From NCBI GenBank assembly GCA_025927415.1, contig JAICLK010000001.1, positions 1 through 52,966 of the forward strand: 52,966 bases of DNA, read 5' to 3'. Below the pieces are notes generated by a model. That model did not search any database. It saw only the letters and a program-made list of their open reading frames with translations, and had not been told where the DNA came from. The stretch comes from Candidatus Saccharimonadota bacterium (lineage in GTDB: Bacteria; Patescibacteriota; Saccharimonadia; Saccharimonadales; UBA4665). A program made the translations under genes and the position numbers. Numbering within the stretch: the first letter of the stretch is position 1; each line of letters starts with the position of its first letter. Positions 18,197 through 27,410 of the stretch are shown here, one piece after another.

Positions 18197-18744
18197 TTTG
18201 CACCCTCTTTTAGCTTTATTAATTCATCATATGCCATCATTATGGCAGCGGGGTCGGTCATACGACCGCGTTTTGCGTTATCAATGAGTTGGTCGATAGA
18301 AATTAATTTTACTTCGATAAATTCAGTATCGTCCAGGTTTTGACCATCCTTGTGTGGAACACACTTCGTGGCGAGAAAATAGTGGTGGGTTGCGTTCCCA
18401 TACGCATCCTGAGGCGTGCTTCCCAGGTATTTTATTTCTCCAGCCTCATAGCCCGTTTCTTCGAGTAGTTCGCGCCTTACCGCTATTTCCAATGCTTCAC
18501 CTTCTTCCACACGGCCGCCTGGAATCTCGTCAAAAAAATCCTCTGGTCCTGGCCGAAATTGCTGTGCCACAATTACTTTTTTATCAGATGTGAGAGCTAC
18601 TACGCCAGCTGCCTGCCGACCTTCCCGCCCTGATATTTGATAATGGTGTGTTTTTCCGTTGGGCAAGATGAAGTTTTTGCTGACGATGGTGCACCAGCCA
18701 ATTTTGCTGACGATTGTTGGTTCAATGCGTTTCCACGGTTTCAT
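18193..18744 (-). CDS. NUDIX hydrolase (ADP-ribose/nucleotide-sugar pyrophosphatase-like)
   Basis: Nudix box GGRVEEGEALEIAVRRELLEETGY. ATGA overlap with galU. SD is GGAGG. Confidence 0.8.
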   Translation of the reverse strand: MKPWKRIEPTIVSKIGWCTIVSKNFILPNGKTHHYQISGREGRQAAGVVALTSDKKVIVAQQFRPGPEDFFDEIPGGRVEEGEALEIAVRRELLEETGYEAGEIKYLGSTPQDAYGNATHHYFLATKCVPHKDGQNLDDTEFIEVKLISIDQLIDNAKRGRMTDPAAIMMAYDELIKLKEGAK

Positions 18745-18763
18745 GTGTAGCCTCCGTTTCTTG

Positions 18764-20239
18764 CTATTGTCCGAGCTGCTTTTTGATGAGTTCCTGGGCC
18801 ATTTGCGGATTTGCTTTGCCCTTCGACGCCTTCATAACTTGGCCAACGAGGAAGCCGATTGCTTTCGCCTCGCCGCTTTTTACATCTTCGGCGGCTTTGG
18901 CATTTTCTGCGAGGACTTGCGTAACAACTTTGGCAATTTCGCCTTCGTCGGAAACCTGGATAAAGCCTTGCTCTTCGGCGTGCTGTGCTACGTTTTGCGG
19001 GTATGCGTGCGCGGCGAGCACATCGGTAATCAACGTTTTGGCATTGGTTGAGCTAAGCTTCCCACCCGCCACCAATTCGTACACGGCTTGGTAAAATGCC
19101 AGCCGTTCGGCGTTTTTGCCCGGGTTCAGAACCTTTTCGTCGCGACGAGCCGGAATCTCGATGTTTACAAACCAGTTTGCCAACTGTTTGGCGAACGCTT
19201 GGTTGGCAATGTTTTGCTCGATAAGCTCCAAGTAGTTTACCTCAGGGGCATCAAGCTCGGCTTCCAGCAGCGTGTCGGTTTGCGCGCGATCGGAGCCCAG
19301 CTTGCTCAGTCGTTCGCGCCACTCGTCAGGCATGGCGGGCATTTCGGCCTTAACTTTTTCGATGTAAGGGTTGTCGAGCACCACCGGCGGCAAGTCCGGG
19401 TCGGGCATGTAACGGTAATCTTCGGCGTTTTCTTTGCTGCGCTGGCTAAAGGTTTGCTGTTTGGCGTCGTTCCAGCCGCGTGTTTCCTGTACGATTTTCT
19501 CGCCTTTTTCTAGCAACTCAATCTGGCGTTTTACTTCGTATTCCACTGCTTTTTCGACAGCGCGGAAGCTGTTGAGGTTTTTGGTTTCGCTGCGGGTGCC
19601 AAGTTCGTCGGTTTTGCTCACGCTGACGTTCACGTCGAAACGCATGTTGCCGTAGTATAGGTTGCAGTCGCTGACATCGGCATAGCGCATGCGAAGGTAG
19701 AGTTCGCGGACATAGGCTTTCGCCTCGCTTGCTGTGTGCATGTCGGGCTCGCTCACAATTTCGAGTAGTGGTGTGCCCGCGCGATTCAAATCAACCAAAC
19801 TGTAGTCTGTACCGGTCGGGTGTGTGCTTTTGCCGGCGTCGGCTTCCATGTGCGCACGCGTGACGCCGATGGTTTTCTTTTGCCCATCAACCTCAATTTC
19901 TACGGCACCACCCAAGATAATCGGCTCATCATACTGCGTAATCTGGTAACCGAGCGGTAAGTCGGGATAAAAATAATGCTTGCGGTCAAACTTGCTGAAC
20001 TTTTGCGGTTCGGTACCAAGTGCAAAAGCAGCGCGCAGAGCCAAATGCACGGCCTCTTTGTTGAGCACGGGCAACGCGCCGGGCAGGCCAAAGTCGATGT
20101 GACTCACCAAAGTGTTGGCTGGCGCTTCGCGGGCGTCGTTGTCGACTGCCGAAAACAGCTTGGTTTTGGTTTTGAACTGCACATGGCACTCAATGCCAAT
20201 GGTTGTCGTGTACTGGTCGAGCACGCTTTTGTCTAACAT
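18764..20239 (-). CDS. gatB: Asp/Glu-tRNA amidotransferase subunit B
   Basis: 491 aa. The N-terminus reads IGIECHVQFKT...KLFS, and there is a C-terminal YqeY-like tail. Confidence 0.95.
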   Translation of the reverse strand: MLDKSVLDQYTTTIGIECHVQFKTKTKLFSAVDNDAREAPANTLVSHIDFGLPGALPVLNKEAVHLALRAAFALGTEPQKFSKFDRKHYFYPDLPLGYQITQYDEPIILGGAVEIEVDGQKKTIGVTRAHMEADAGKSTHPTGTDYSLVDLNRAGTPLLEIVSEPDMHTASEAKAYVRELYLRMRYADVSDCNLYYGNMRFDVNVSVSKTDELGTRSETKNLNSFRAVEKAVEYEVKRQIELLEKGEKIVQETRGWNDAKQQTFSQRSKENAEDYRYMPDPDLPPVVLDNPYIEKVKAEMPAMPDEWRERLSKLGSDRAQTDTLLEAELDAPEVNYLELIEQNIANQAFAKQLANWFVNIEIPARRDEKVLNPGKNAERLAFYQAVYELVAGGKLSSTNAKTLITDVLAAHAYPQNVAQHAEEQGFIQVSDEGEIAKVVTQVLAENAKAAEDVKSGEAKAIGFLVGQVMKASKGKANPQMAQELIKKQLGQ

Positions 20240-20240
20240 T

Positions 20241-20657
20241 TTAGAGCGCCCCCAGATCTTTTAGTGCACCCCGAAAGCCGACGAGCGCCTGTTTCACTTC
20301 ACGCTCTTTCAACTTAGTTGAATCTTCGTGCACCAGACGGTTGCGCAATTTATGCGCGTTCCACACGGCGTCGTTATCTTCTAGATGGTGCTGCGCAGCC
20401 ACCAGACGCTCGCCCATGGTTTTGCCTCTGTACTTGCTTTTTTTTAGTGCTTCATCCAGCAGTTTATCGGCATTGATAACTGCCAGCGGCCACGTGTCTT
20501 TGTTTGCGCAGAGTTTTTGCAACTCCTGCCAGCGCTTTTTGAAATATTCACGTTTGAGGTGTTTTGGGCGTCGCTTGATGAACGTCGCGCTGAACACTAA
20601 CGCTAGGATTACCACCACGGCTATCATGGCCGAGACGTCGTTTATACTCACATTCAT
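20241..20657 (-). CDS. Hypothetical membrane-anchored protein with an RNxxxH (HEPN/DUF4145-like) motif
   Basis: 138 aa. N-terminal TM helix AMIAVVVILALVFSATFI and a helical C-terminal domain ending ...AVWNAHKLRNRLVHED. ATGA overlap with the gatA stop, and a 1-nt gap to the gatB ATG. Confidence 0.6.
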   Translation of the reverse strand: MNVSINDVSAMIAVVVILALVFSATFIKRRPKHLKREYFKKRWQELQKLCANKDTWPLAVINADKLLDEALKKSKYRGKTMGERLVAAQHHLEDNDAVWNAHKLRNRLVHEDSTKLKEREVKQALVGFRGALKDLGAL

Positions 20658-22087
20658 GCTAATAACTCCTCGGTTGCGTGTGCCAGATTTAAGAGTTCGC
20701 GGTCGTGGTGGCTGCGGGCCATGAGCTGGAGTCCAACGGGTAAGCCCTCGCTTTCGCCAGCCGGGATACTGATGGCTGGAATACCCGCCAGCGGCGCGGC
20801 AACGGTCATAACGTCAGCCAGGTACATGGCCAACGGATTGCTGGCGTTCTCGCCAATTTTAAATGCGGTTGTGGGTGCAGTTGGGCCAAGGAGGAAGTCG
20901 ACTTGCTCGAACGCGGTGTTAAATTCGTTAATCAGTTTGGTACGCACGGTTTGTGCTTTTTTATAATAAGCGTCGAAGTAGCCGCTGCTTAGCACGTATG
21001 TGCCCATCATGATACGGCGCTTGGCTTCTTTGCCGAAGCCGCGCCCGCGCGATTTGGTGTAGCTTTCGTCCAAGTCTTTTGCATCTGCAAATGTGTAGCC
21101 ATAACGCTGGCCATCGTAACGACTCAGGTTGCTACTTACCTCTGCTGGCATCAAAATATAATACACAGCTAGTGCGAGTGTTGCGCTGGGCAGGCTGATT
21201 TCGTGCACGTCTGCGCCGGCATCCTTCAGTTTTTGGACGGACGCTTCAATGGCGGCCTTAACGTTTGGTGCCACGCCTTCGCCCATGTGCTCTTTGATAA
21301 TGCCGATTTTTTTGCGAGAAATGATATCGTCGAATTTGGTGTAGCTGGATGAGTCGCGACTGATGGTTGTGCTGTCGAGCGGATCGATGCCGGCCATAAC
21401 ATCGAGCACGAGCGCCGCGTCTTCAACCGTACGCGCAATTGGCCCAATAACATCCAGGCTGCTGCCCATGGCAACCACGCCGCTGCGGCTCACCAAACCA
21501 TAGGTTGGTTTGTAGCCCACGCAGCCGGTAAAGCTCGCTGGCTGGCGGATGGAGCCGCCAGTGTCGGTGCCGAGCGCAAACGGCGCCATGTCGAGCGCCA
21601 CTGCCGCAGCCGAGCCACCAGAACTACCACCCGGCACGCGCGTTTTGTCGTGCGGGTTTTTGGTGGTGAAAAAGTCGCTGTTTTCGGTGCTGGCACCATG
21701 CGCAAAGGCATCGAGGTTTGCCTTGGCCACGCAAATAGCACCGGCCGCCTCCAGCCGGTTGATAGCGGTTGCCTGATACGGCGCTTCAAACCCGCGCAAG
21801 ATGTTGCTTGCTGCCGTCGTGTCCGCACCAAAAACCAAAAAATTATCCTTGGCGATAAATGGCACACCAGCCAACGCGCCAACGGTGTCGCCCTTTTGCA
21901 CCATTGCATCAATTTCATCAGCCCGAGCTAGCGCACGTCCGTCCAGTGTGGCAATGATCGCATCAAACTCACGCTTGCCGGCAATGGTTTTGAGCGAGCG
22001 TTCTACCAAATCACGGGCTTTGATCTGCCCACTTTGCATTTGCTCGGCAATTCGAGCAATTGGCAACCACTGGCTTTCTGTGGCCAT
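20654..22087 (-). CDS. gatA: Glu-tRNA(Gln) amidotransferase subunit A
   Basis: 477 aa. Amidase signature GGSSGGSAAAVA. Confidence 0.95.
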   Translation of the reverse strand: MATESQWLPIARIAEQMQSGQIKARDLVERSLKTIAGKREFDAIIATLDGRALARADEIDAMVQKGDTVGALAGVPFIAKDNFLVFGADTTAASNILRGFEAPYQATAINRLEAAGAICVAKANLDAFAHGASTENSDFFTTKNPHDKTRVPGGSSGGSAAAVALDMAPFALGTDTGGSIRQPASFTGCVGYKPTYGLVSRSGVVAMGSSLDVIGPIARTVEDAALVLDVMAGIDPLDSTTISRDSSSYTKFDDIISRKKIGIIKEHMGEGVAPNVKAAIEASVQKLKDAGADVHEISLPSATLALAVYYILMPAEVSSNLSRYDGQRYGYTFADAKDLDESYTKSRGRGFGKEAKRRIMMGTYVLSSGYFDAYYKKAQTVRTKLINEFNTAFEQVDFLLGPTAPTTAFKIGENASNPLAMYLADVMTVAAPLAGIPAISIPAGESEGLPVGLQLMARSHHDRELLNLAHATEELLA

Positions 22088-22380
22088 TATCCGATCATCC
22101 TTTTTACGTGCAAATGGTCATCCTGCACCTTTGGCACGTTCTTCAAAAGCTCTTTCGGTACGTAGCCATAGTCCACCACTTCGTCCTTGCGCATCACATT
22201 TACCAGGCCGCTCACCTGATTGGTTGGCTTGAGCCCGGCAACATCCACTGCCTGCAATTGCTCGACGTAGTGCAAGATTTCGGTCAACTCACCAGCAAAC
22301 TCAGCTACCTCTTCGTCAGTCAGATTGAGCCGCGCAAGCCGCGCCAATTTCAATACGTCATCGTGTGAAAGGTCTGCCAT
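22087..22380 (-). CDS. gatC: Asp/Glu-tRNA amidotransferase subunit C
   Basis: MADLSHDDVLKLARLARLNLTDEE is a typical GatC N-terminus. I prefer ATG 22380 (TATACT 8 nt upstream) over the ORF-track GTG at 22398. Confidence 0.9.
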   Translation of the reverse strand: MADLSHDDVLKLARLARLNLTDEEVAEFAGELTEILHYVEQLQAVDVAGLKPTNQVSGLVNVMRKDEVVDYGYVPKELLKNVPKVQDDHLHVKRMIG

Positions 22381-22415
22381 TTCAAGTAAGTATAGCACCA
22401 GTGACGCGACGAAGG

Positions 22416-22889
22416 CTAGCCTTCTGCCACCCGTAAGTCTTCACCGTCTGTATCTGGCCGCACCACAAATTCGAAATTCTCATTGCCAATAATAAGCTCG
22501 CGCGCACTACCATCTGGATTGACGCCCAGTATGTCCTTGCCTGCCACTACAAGCTTATCTGCAAGAAATGGCGGGTCATCTGCCGAAGTGACTATGCGCT
22601 GCTCATATAACAATGCCGAGCCATTACCCCAACGTGGATGTATGCCAGGCGGATAGAACTTACCGACACGAACTGCTTGGCCCGGGTAACGCGGCGTGAT
22701 AGAAAAAAGCTGGCCAGCGGGCGCCGGTACTTCGTGCGGTGCTTCCCGTAATGCCGCCGTTATCCGGTTATGGATATTAAGTGCGTCCTCTTGCGCCTGG
22801 TACAAGCCACGGGTCGAGGTAGCTACCTCCACAAGCCACAGCGGCTGCGGTGTTTTCTCTTGTTCCTCACCCTTACTAGATTCCGACAT
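22416..22889 (-). CDS. Hypothetical protein (157-167 aa), no family recognised
   Basis: Long ORF immediately downstream of the 2OG oxygenase gene. The start is either ATG 22889 (4 nt after the oxygenase stop) or ATG 22919 (26-nt overlap). Confidence 0.5.
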   Translation of the reverse strand: MSESSKGEEQEKTPQPLWLVEVATSTRGLYQAQEDALNIHNRITAALREAPHEVPAPAGQLFSITPRYPGQAVRVGKFYPPGIHPRWGNGSALLYEQRIVTSADDPPFLADKLVVAGKDILGVNPDGSARELIIGNENFEFVVRPDTDGEDLRVAEG

Positions 22890-22893
22890 CGTT

Positions 22894-23901
22894 TTACTCG
22901 TGTACTTCGCCCAAGCCAATGTCGCTGAGCCGCTGCATTAAATAATCGTCAGAGAAAATGGGTGGGTAGTCCTCGGGGTTAGTCGTGAGATGCTCCGTCA
23001 CCACCAGCGGAGTTCGCGCACGCGGGTGGATAAACTGGGCAGATGAATACCTACCTGGATCGTCCGCCGACATGGCAATGGGCGACGCCACCTTGTGCTT
23101 GGCAGATAAATAATAGCCACCGGTCATGTACTGCAGCATATCGCCCACTTGTGCGATGACATGATTCTGTGGCGCTTTGCCAGGAATCACCAAACCGTTT
23201 CGCTTTTTAATCCACAAACCGTCACGCGTTGGCGCTGGCAGGACGGTAACAAAGTTAATATCAGTGTGTTCACACGCGCCAATGGTTTGGCCAGCTTGCT
23301 CGGGCTGAACTGCCGGATAATGCAGCGGGCGAAATAACGAAATGCCGTCTTGCAGAATGTCATCAAAGTAACCTGGCTCCTGGCGAAGTCGTGGCTCGAG
23401 TGCGCGCATAACGGTCAGGCCGATTTTTGTCAGGTTATCACGAACGGCCTCGGTAGCGACCTGCAATTCTGGCACTTCCGCGGGCCATATATTCTGCGGA
23501 TAAAGCATCGGATATTCCAGCGTGCGCGGATCACCCGCTTCAATTTCTGGACCAATGAACCAGTTCTCAGCCATATTTGCCCCGGTTCCATCACCGCCTT
23601 CACTAATTGGCCGACACTGCAAACCCGTTTCGGACCTTACCGGCGTGTAGCCACGCTCGTGATGAATGTCCGCGCGCTCATAACCTCTTTTTATATCTTC
23701 GGACAAATCGAACAACTTGCCAAATACGCCATACATGCGCGCCAAACGCTCGGAAAATTCCGGGTCAGGCTGGCGAACAAACACAAAGCCAATTTCGTGG
23801 AACCCCTGGTCTACCGTATCGACAAATGCTTCACGCCGCACGCCACCTGCCTCAAAGTCCTCTAGGTCCACCCTTGGAATCTCTGTCAGCGCTTCCGCCA
23901 T
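22894..23901 (-). CDS. 2-oxoglutarate/Fe(II)-dependent oxygenase (isopenicillin-N-synthase-like family)
   Basis: HxD...H facial triad candidates are CEHTDINFVTVL and YLSAKHKV. I prefer ATG 23901 (AAGGG SD) over the ORF-track TTG at 23907. Confidence 0.75.
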   Translation of the reverse strand: MAEALTEIPRVDLEDFEAGGVRREAFVDTVDQGFHEIGFVFVRQPDPEFSERLARMYGVFGKLFDLSEDIKRGYERADIHHERGYTPVRSETGLQCRPISEGGDGTGANMAENWFIGPEIEAGDPRTLEYPMLYPQNIWPAEVPELQVATEAVRDNLTKIGLTVMRALEPRLRQEPGYFDDILQDGISLFRPLHYPAVQPEQAGQTIGACEHTDINFVTVLPAPTRDGLWIKKRNGLVIPGKAPQNHVIAQVGDMLQYMTGGYYLSAKHKVASPIAMSADDPGRYSSAQFIHPRARTPLVVTEHLTTNPEDYPPIFSDDYLMQRLSDIGLGEVHE

Positions 23902-23961
23902 CTCCAAACCCTTCGCTTAGTTATTAAACTAAAATTACCATTAGCGCTGCCGTTCGGCAAG

Positions 23962-25926
23962 CTACATTTTCTTTTTGATGTCGGCAATGATGTCGCGCAG
24001 CTCGGCTGCTTTCTCGAACTCCAGATTGGCGCTGGCCAAATCCATCTGCGCACTAAGGTCTTCGATAATACGGCCATACTCATCTTTTGGAATTTTTTTG
24101 AGGTCGAGCTTAGCGCGCTTGGCCTCTTCCGGCAAGTCCGGCCGCAAACCTTTTTCGATAGATTTGCTAATGCCGGTTGGCGTGATGCCATGCACTTTGT
24201 TGTACTCCTCTTGGACTTTGCGGCGTCGTACCGTCTCTTCCATAGTTTTCCGCATACTATCGGTAACATGGTCGGCATACATAATGACATGGCCTTCCAC
24301 GTGGCGAGCGGCACGGCCGACGGTTTGGATGAGTGCTTGCTCGCTCCTCAAAAATCCTTCTTTGTCGGCATCGAGAATCGCTATGAGGCTAACTTCTGGT
24401 AAGTCCAAACCTTCGCGTAACAGGTTGATGCCCACCAGCACATCGTACGTGCCCAGCCGCAAATCGCGCAAAATGTCAGTGCGGTCCAGCGTGTCTACAT
24501 CGCTGTGCAAATACGCTACCTTCAGATTAATTTCTTGCAAATATTCGGTGAGTTCCTCGGCCATGCGTTTGGTCAGCGTGGTTACCAGCACACGCTGGTG
24601 CTTGTCGATGGTGGCGCGGATTTCGGCGATGAGGTCGTCAATCTGCCCTTCAATCGGCCGCACTTCAATGGGCGGATCCAGCAAGCCGGTCGGGCGGATG
24701 ACCTGCTGCGCTGGCTTGGGCGAGTGGGACAGTTCGTACTGCGCGGGCGTAGCCGACACATAAATGGTTTGGTTGAGATGGCGCTCAAATTCGGTGAAAG
24801 TGAGCGGCCGGTTGTCCAGCGCACTGGGCAATCGGAAACCGTGCTCCACCAGCACTTCTTTGCGAGCGCGGTCGCCGTTGTACATACCGCGCACCTGCGG
24901 AATGCTCATGTGACTTTCGTCGACAAACATCAGAAAATCGTCCGGAAAATAGTCCATCAGCGTAGCCGGTTGCTCGCCCTCTTCGCGGTTGGTCAGGTAA
25001 CGGCTGTAGTTTTCGATACCCTTCACAAAGCCCGTTTGTTCCAGCATTTCCAGGTCAAAGCGCGTACGCTGCGCAAGGCGCTGGGCTTCTAGTAGTTTGT
25101 TTTCCCGTTTGAATTGGCCGAGGCGCTGGTCAAGCTCTTGCTCGATCTTGCCAAGCGCTAATTTGAGTTTTTCGTGCGGCGTAACGTAGTGCGAACCGGG
25201 GAAGATTTTGACAGATTCCGGCTTGCCGATGATCTCGCCAGTCAGTGGCTCAATTTTGGTGATACGATCGACATCGTCGCCAAAAAATTCTATGCGATAC
25301 GCAATTTCTTCGCCAGCCGGAAACACGTCCACCACGTCGCCGCGCACCCGAAACGTGCTACGGTGAAAGTCAATGTCGTTACGCTGGTACTGGATGTCCG
25401 TGAGCTGGCGCAAAAACTTATCACGCAAGCGACGCTCGCCGACTTTTACTTCGATACTCAGCCCATCGTAATCTTCCACCGAACCAATGCCGTAAATACA
25501 GCTGACACTGGCAACAATAATCACGTCTTTACGGCTGAGCAGCGAATCCGTTGCCGCGTGCCGCAGCCGATCGATCTCCTCATTTATTTGGCTGTCTTTT
25601 TCAATAAACGTATCGCTGCGCGGGATGTACGCCTCCGGCTGGTAATAGTCGAAATAGCTGACGAAATAATGCACCGCGTTGTCTGGGAAAAACTTTTTGA
25701 ACTCGCCGTACAACTGCGCCGCCAGCGTTTTGTTGTGGCTCAAAACCAACGTCGGCTTCTGCGCATGCTGAATAACATTTGCCATGGTGAACGTTTTGCC
25801 GGAGCCAGTTACGCCCAGCAGCGTTTGGTCGTGCAAACCTTTGTCGAGACCATCAGAAAGCTGGGCAATCGCCGCTGGCTGATCACCCGTTGGCACAAAA
25901 TCACTAACAAGTTTGAACTTACTCAC
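23962..25926 (-). CDS. uvrB: Excinuclease ABC subunit B
   Basis: 654 aa. GDQPAAI, Walker A GVTGSGKT and a C-terminal UVR motif FEKAAELRD. It uses a GTG start preceded by TACAAT 6 nt upstream. Confidence 0.95.
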   Translation of the reverse strand: MSKFKLVSDFVPTGDQPAAIAQLSDGLDKGLHDQTLLGVTGSGKTFTMANVIQHAQKPTLVLSHNKTLAAQLYGEFKKFFPDNAVHYFVSYFDYYQPEAYIPRSDTFIEKDSQINEEIDRLRHAATDSLLSRKDVIIVASVSCIYGIGSVEDYDGLSIEVKVGERRLRDKFLRQLTDIQYQRNDIDFHRSTFRVRGDVVDVFPAGEEIAYRIEFFGDDVDRITKIEPLTGEIIGKPESVKIFPGSHYVTPHEKLKLALGKIEQELDQRLGQFKRENKLLEAQRLAQRTRFDLEMLEQTGFVKGIENYSRYLTNREEGEQPATLMDYFPDDFLMFVDESHMSIPQVRGMYNGDRARKEVLVEHGFRLPSALDNRPLTFTEFERHLNQTIYVSATPAQYELSHSPKPAQQVIRPTGLLDPPIEVRPIEGQIDDLIAEIRATIDKHQRVLVTTLTKRMAEELTEYLQEINLKVAYLHSDVDTLDRTDILRDLRLGTYDVLVGINLLREGLDLPEVSLIAILDADKEGFLRSEQALIQTVGRAARHVEGHVIMYADHVTDSMRKTMEETVRRRKVQEEYNKVHGITPTGISKSIEKGLRPDLPEEAKRAKLDLKKIPKDEYGRIIEDLSAQMDLASANLEFEKAAELRDIIADIKKKM

Positions 25927-25938
25927 CTATACATTGTA
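25902..25938. repeat. Direct repeat copy A (uvrB -10 box, GTG start and first codons)
   Basis: cactaacaagtttgaacttactcacctatacattgta aligns with 26683-26718 at 29 of 37 columns, including a 13-nt identical core and the attgta (-10) box at the same distance from the GTG. Confidence 0.75.
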
Positions 25939-26003
25939 ACAAGCCGTGGCAGAATCAACAGAGTTCCTATCCCTGCTTAACTAGAGAGAAGTTTATTTTT
26001 TTA

Positions 26004-26651
26004 CTAGAGCACTCTTTGATCATTAGATTTATCTGAAACATAACAAAGTGGTGCATAACCATCTGGGCTGGCCAGGAATGACTTTGATACCTTGTACTTC
26101 GCAACAATATCGCACGCCCAATTACCAACTTGTGTGACGGCGACTTGTTGCCATGTGTTGCCAGTCTTTACATATAGATAGACAGCACCGCCTTCACCGC
26201 AGCCATAGGCTAAGGTCGCATAATTTCCACTGGTATCGAATAGGATACCTTCACCGTTTTTAGTATTTGCCGCTGCGTCCTCTTTAGCTGGCGCAGAGTT
26301 GGCGTCACTGCAACCCGTCTTTTCGTAATTAGTGGTTATTGAATTCTGCAGCGAAGAAGGAACGCCAGCCCATACTACATACTTAGCACTTGACGAAACT
26401 TTTGGGAGTTGGTAAATTTTATTATCTGCAGTTTCACACCTATCCTGCGTAGGAAAAGTGGCACAAACGGTACCTGTCGTCGCAATTGGATACGTTTTAG
26501 CAGATGATGCGGTTTTGCTGGTGCTCGTCGGCTTTTTCGCATTGTCCTTGTGCCAGACGAAATAGCCTGCGCCAGTGAGAGCCACAAGAACAAGAATAAC
26601 AAGTAGACCTTCGATCGCACTAAACCCGTATTGTTTTTTGAAATTTTTCAT
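26004..26651 (-). CDS. Type IV pilin-like protein (prepilin-type N-terminal cleavage/methylation domain)
   Basis: MKNFKKQYG/FSAIEGLLVILVLVALTGAGYFVWH is a class III signal peptide with Glu at +5. The divergent ~180-aa C-terminal domain has 6 Cys. Confidence 0.75.
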   Translation of the reverse strand: MKNFKKQYGFSAIEGLLVILVLVALTGAGYFVWHKDNAKKPTSTSKTASSAKTYPIATTGTVCATFPTQDRCETADNKIYQLPKVSSSAKYVVWAGVPSSLQNSITTNYEKTGCSDANSAPAKEDAAANTKNGEGILFDTSGNYATLAYGCGEGGAVYLYVKTGNTWQQVAVTQVGNWACDIVAKYKVSKSFLASPDGYAPLCYVSDKSNDQRVL

Positions 26652-26682
26652 ATTTTTAACTTTAGCACTAGTGCCGGAAAAG

Positions 26683-26718
26683 CACTACAAGTTTGAACTT
26701 CGTCACTCAGCTATTGTA
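26683..26718. repeat. Direct repeat copy B (duplicate of the uvrB promoter/start region) upstream of pilin 26004-26651
   Basis: On the minus strand it reads TACAAT, 6 nt, then GTG ACG AAG TTC AAA CTT GT... This is a 12-codon remnant ORF ((M)TKFKLV... versus uvrB (M)SKFKLV...) that ends 17 nt before the pilin ATG. Confidence 0.75.
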
Positions 26719-26722
26719 TCAG

Positions 26723-27400
26723 TTACTGATTGAACCGAAATGTTGCAACAACTTTGTCTATCAATGAGAGCTGGTTGCTATCACCCGGAGCAATGTTGTA
26801 GTCGATTTCCACGCCTTCTTGCAGTTTTGCTGAATTAAAAATATACGTATACTGATGTGTTCCGACCGGCACTTCACCAAGTCCACCGTCCGCCGACTGG
26901 CTAGTCTCAATGCGAGTAGACTTTGTGCCAGTAACGTTGGCAGCTTTAAAACTACCAAGATTAGTATATTGATCGGCGTTAAAACCTATCGCCGCACTCG
27001 GAGAGCTCGGAAACAAATCAAATGCAGACGGCCCATCTTTGCCTTCTGTTGTTTTTGTAATTGTTGGGGTGGTTCCGGCTTTGTAATGTAGCCCGGATGC
27101 ATCGGCCATGAGGCTATTCACACCATTGGTCGCAACAGCTATATCCCAGCCGTCAGGTATGCAGATGCTATACATGCCATTGCCATCAGTAAACAGCTCA
27201 CCACGAATACTGCCATCTGTGGTATGACAGTTACGCACATTTGACTTGACCGTACTGTGGCTCGCTGCTGTTTTATTTTCATTCGTAGAGTTGTGCCTGT
27301 GCCACACAAAATAACCTGTGCCGCCCAGAATAAGTAACACCAGGATAACTATTAAGCCCTCTACCGCACTGAAACCTGCTTGCTGTTTTATTTTACCCAC
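26723..27400 (-). CDS. Type IV pilin-like protein
   Basis: (GTG start) MGKIKQQAG/FSAVEGLIVILVLLILGGTGYFVWH. SD is AAGGAG 7 nt upstream. 2 Cys in the C-terminal domain. Confidence 0.75.
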   Translation of the reverse strand: MGKIKQQAGFSAVEGLIVILVLLILGGTGYFVWHRHNSTNENKTAASHSTVKSNVRNCHTTDGSIRGELFTDGNGMYSICIPDGWDIAVATNGVNSLMADASGLHYKAGTTPTITKTTEGKDGPSAFDLFPSSPSAAIGFNADQYTNLGSFKAANVTGTKSTRIETSQSADGGLGEVPVGTHQYTYIFNSAKLQEGVEIDYNIAPGDSNQLSLIDKVVATFRFNQ

Positions 27401-27410
27401 ATTCTGCTCC

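Noticed and set aside
23975-25980. 262-aa and 268-aa plus-strand ORFs inside uvrB
   Set aside because: They are antisense shadows of a strongly supported uvrB frame, with Ser/Arg-rich junk composition.
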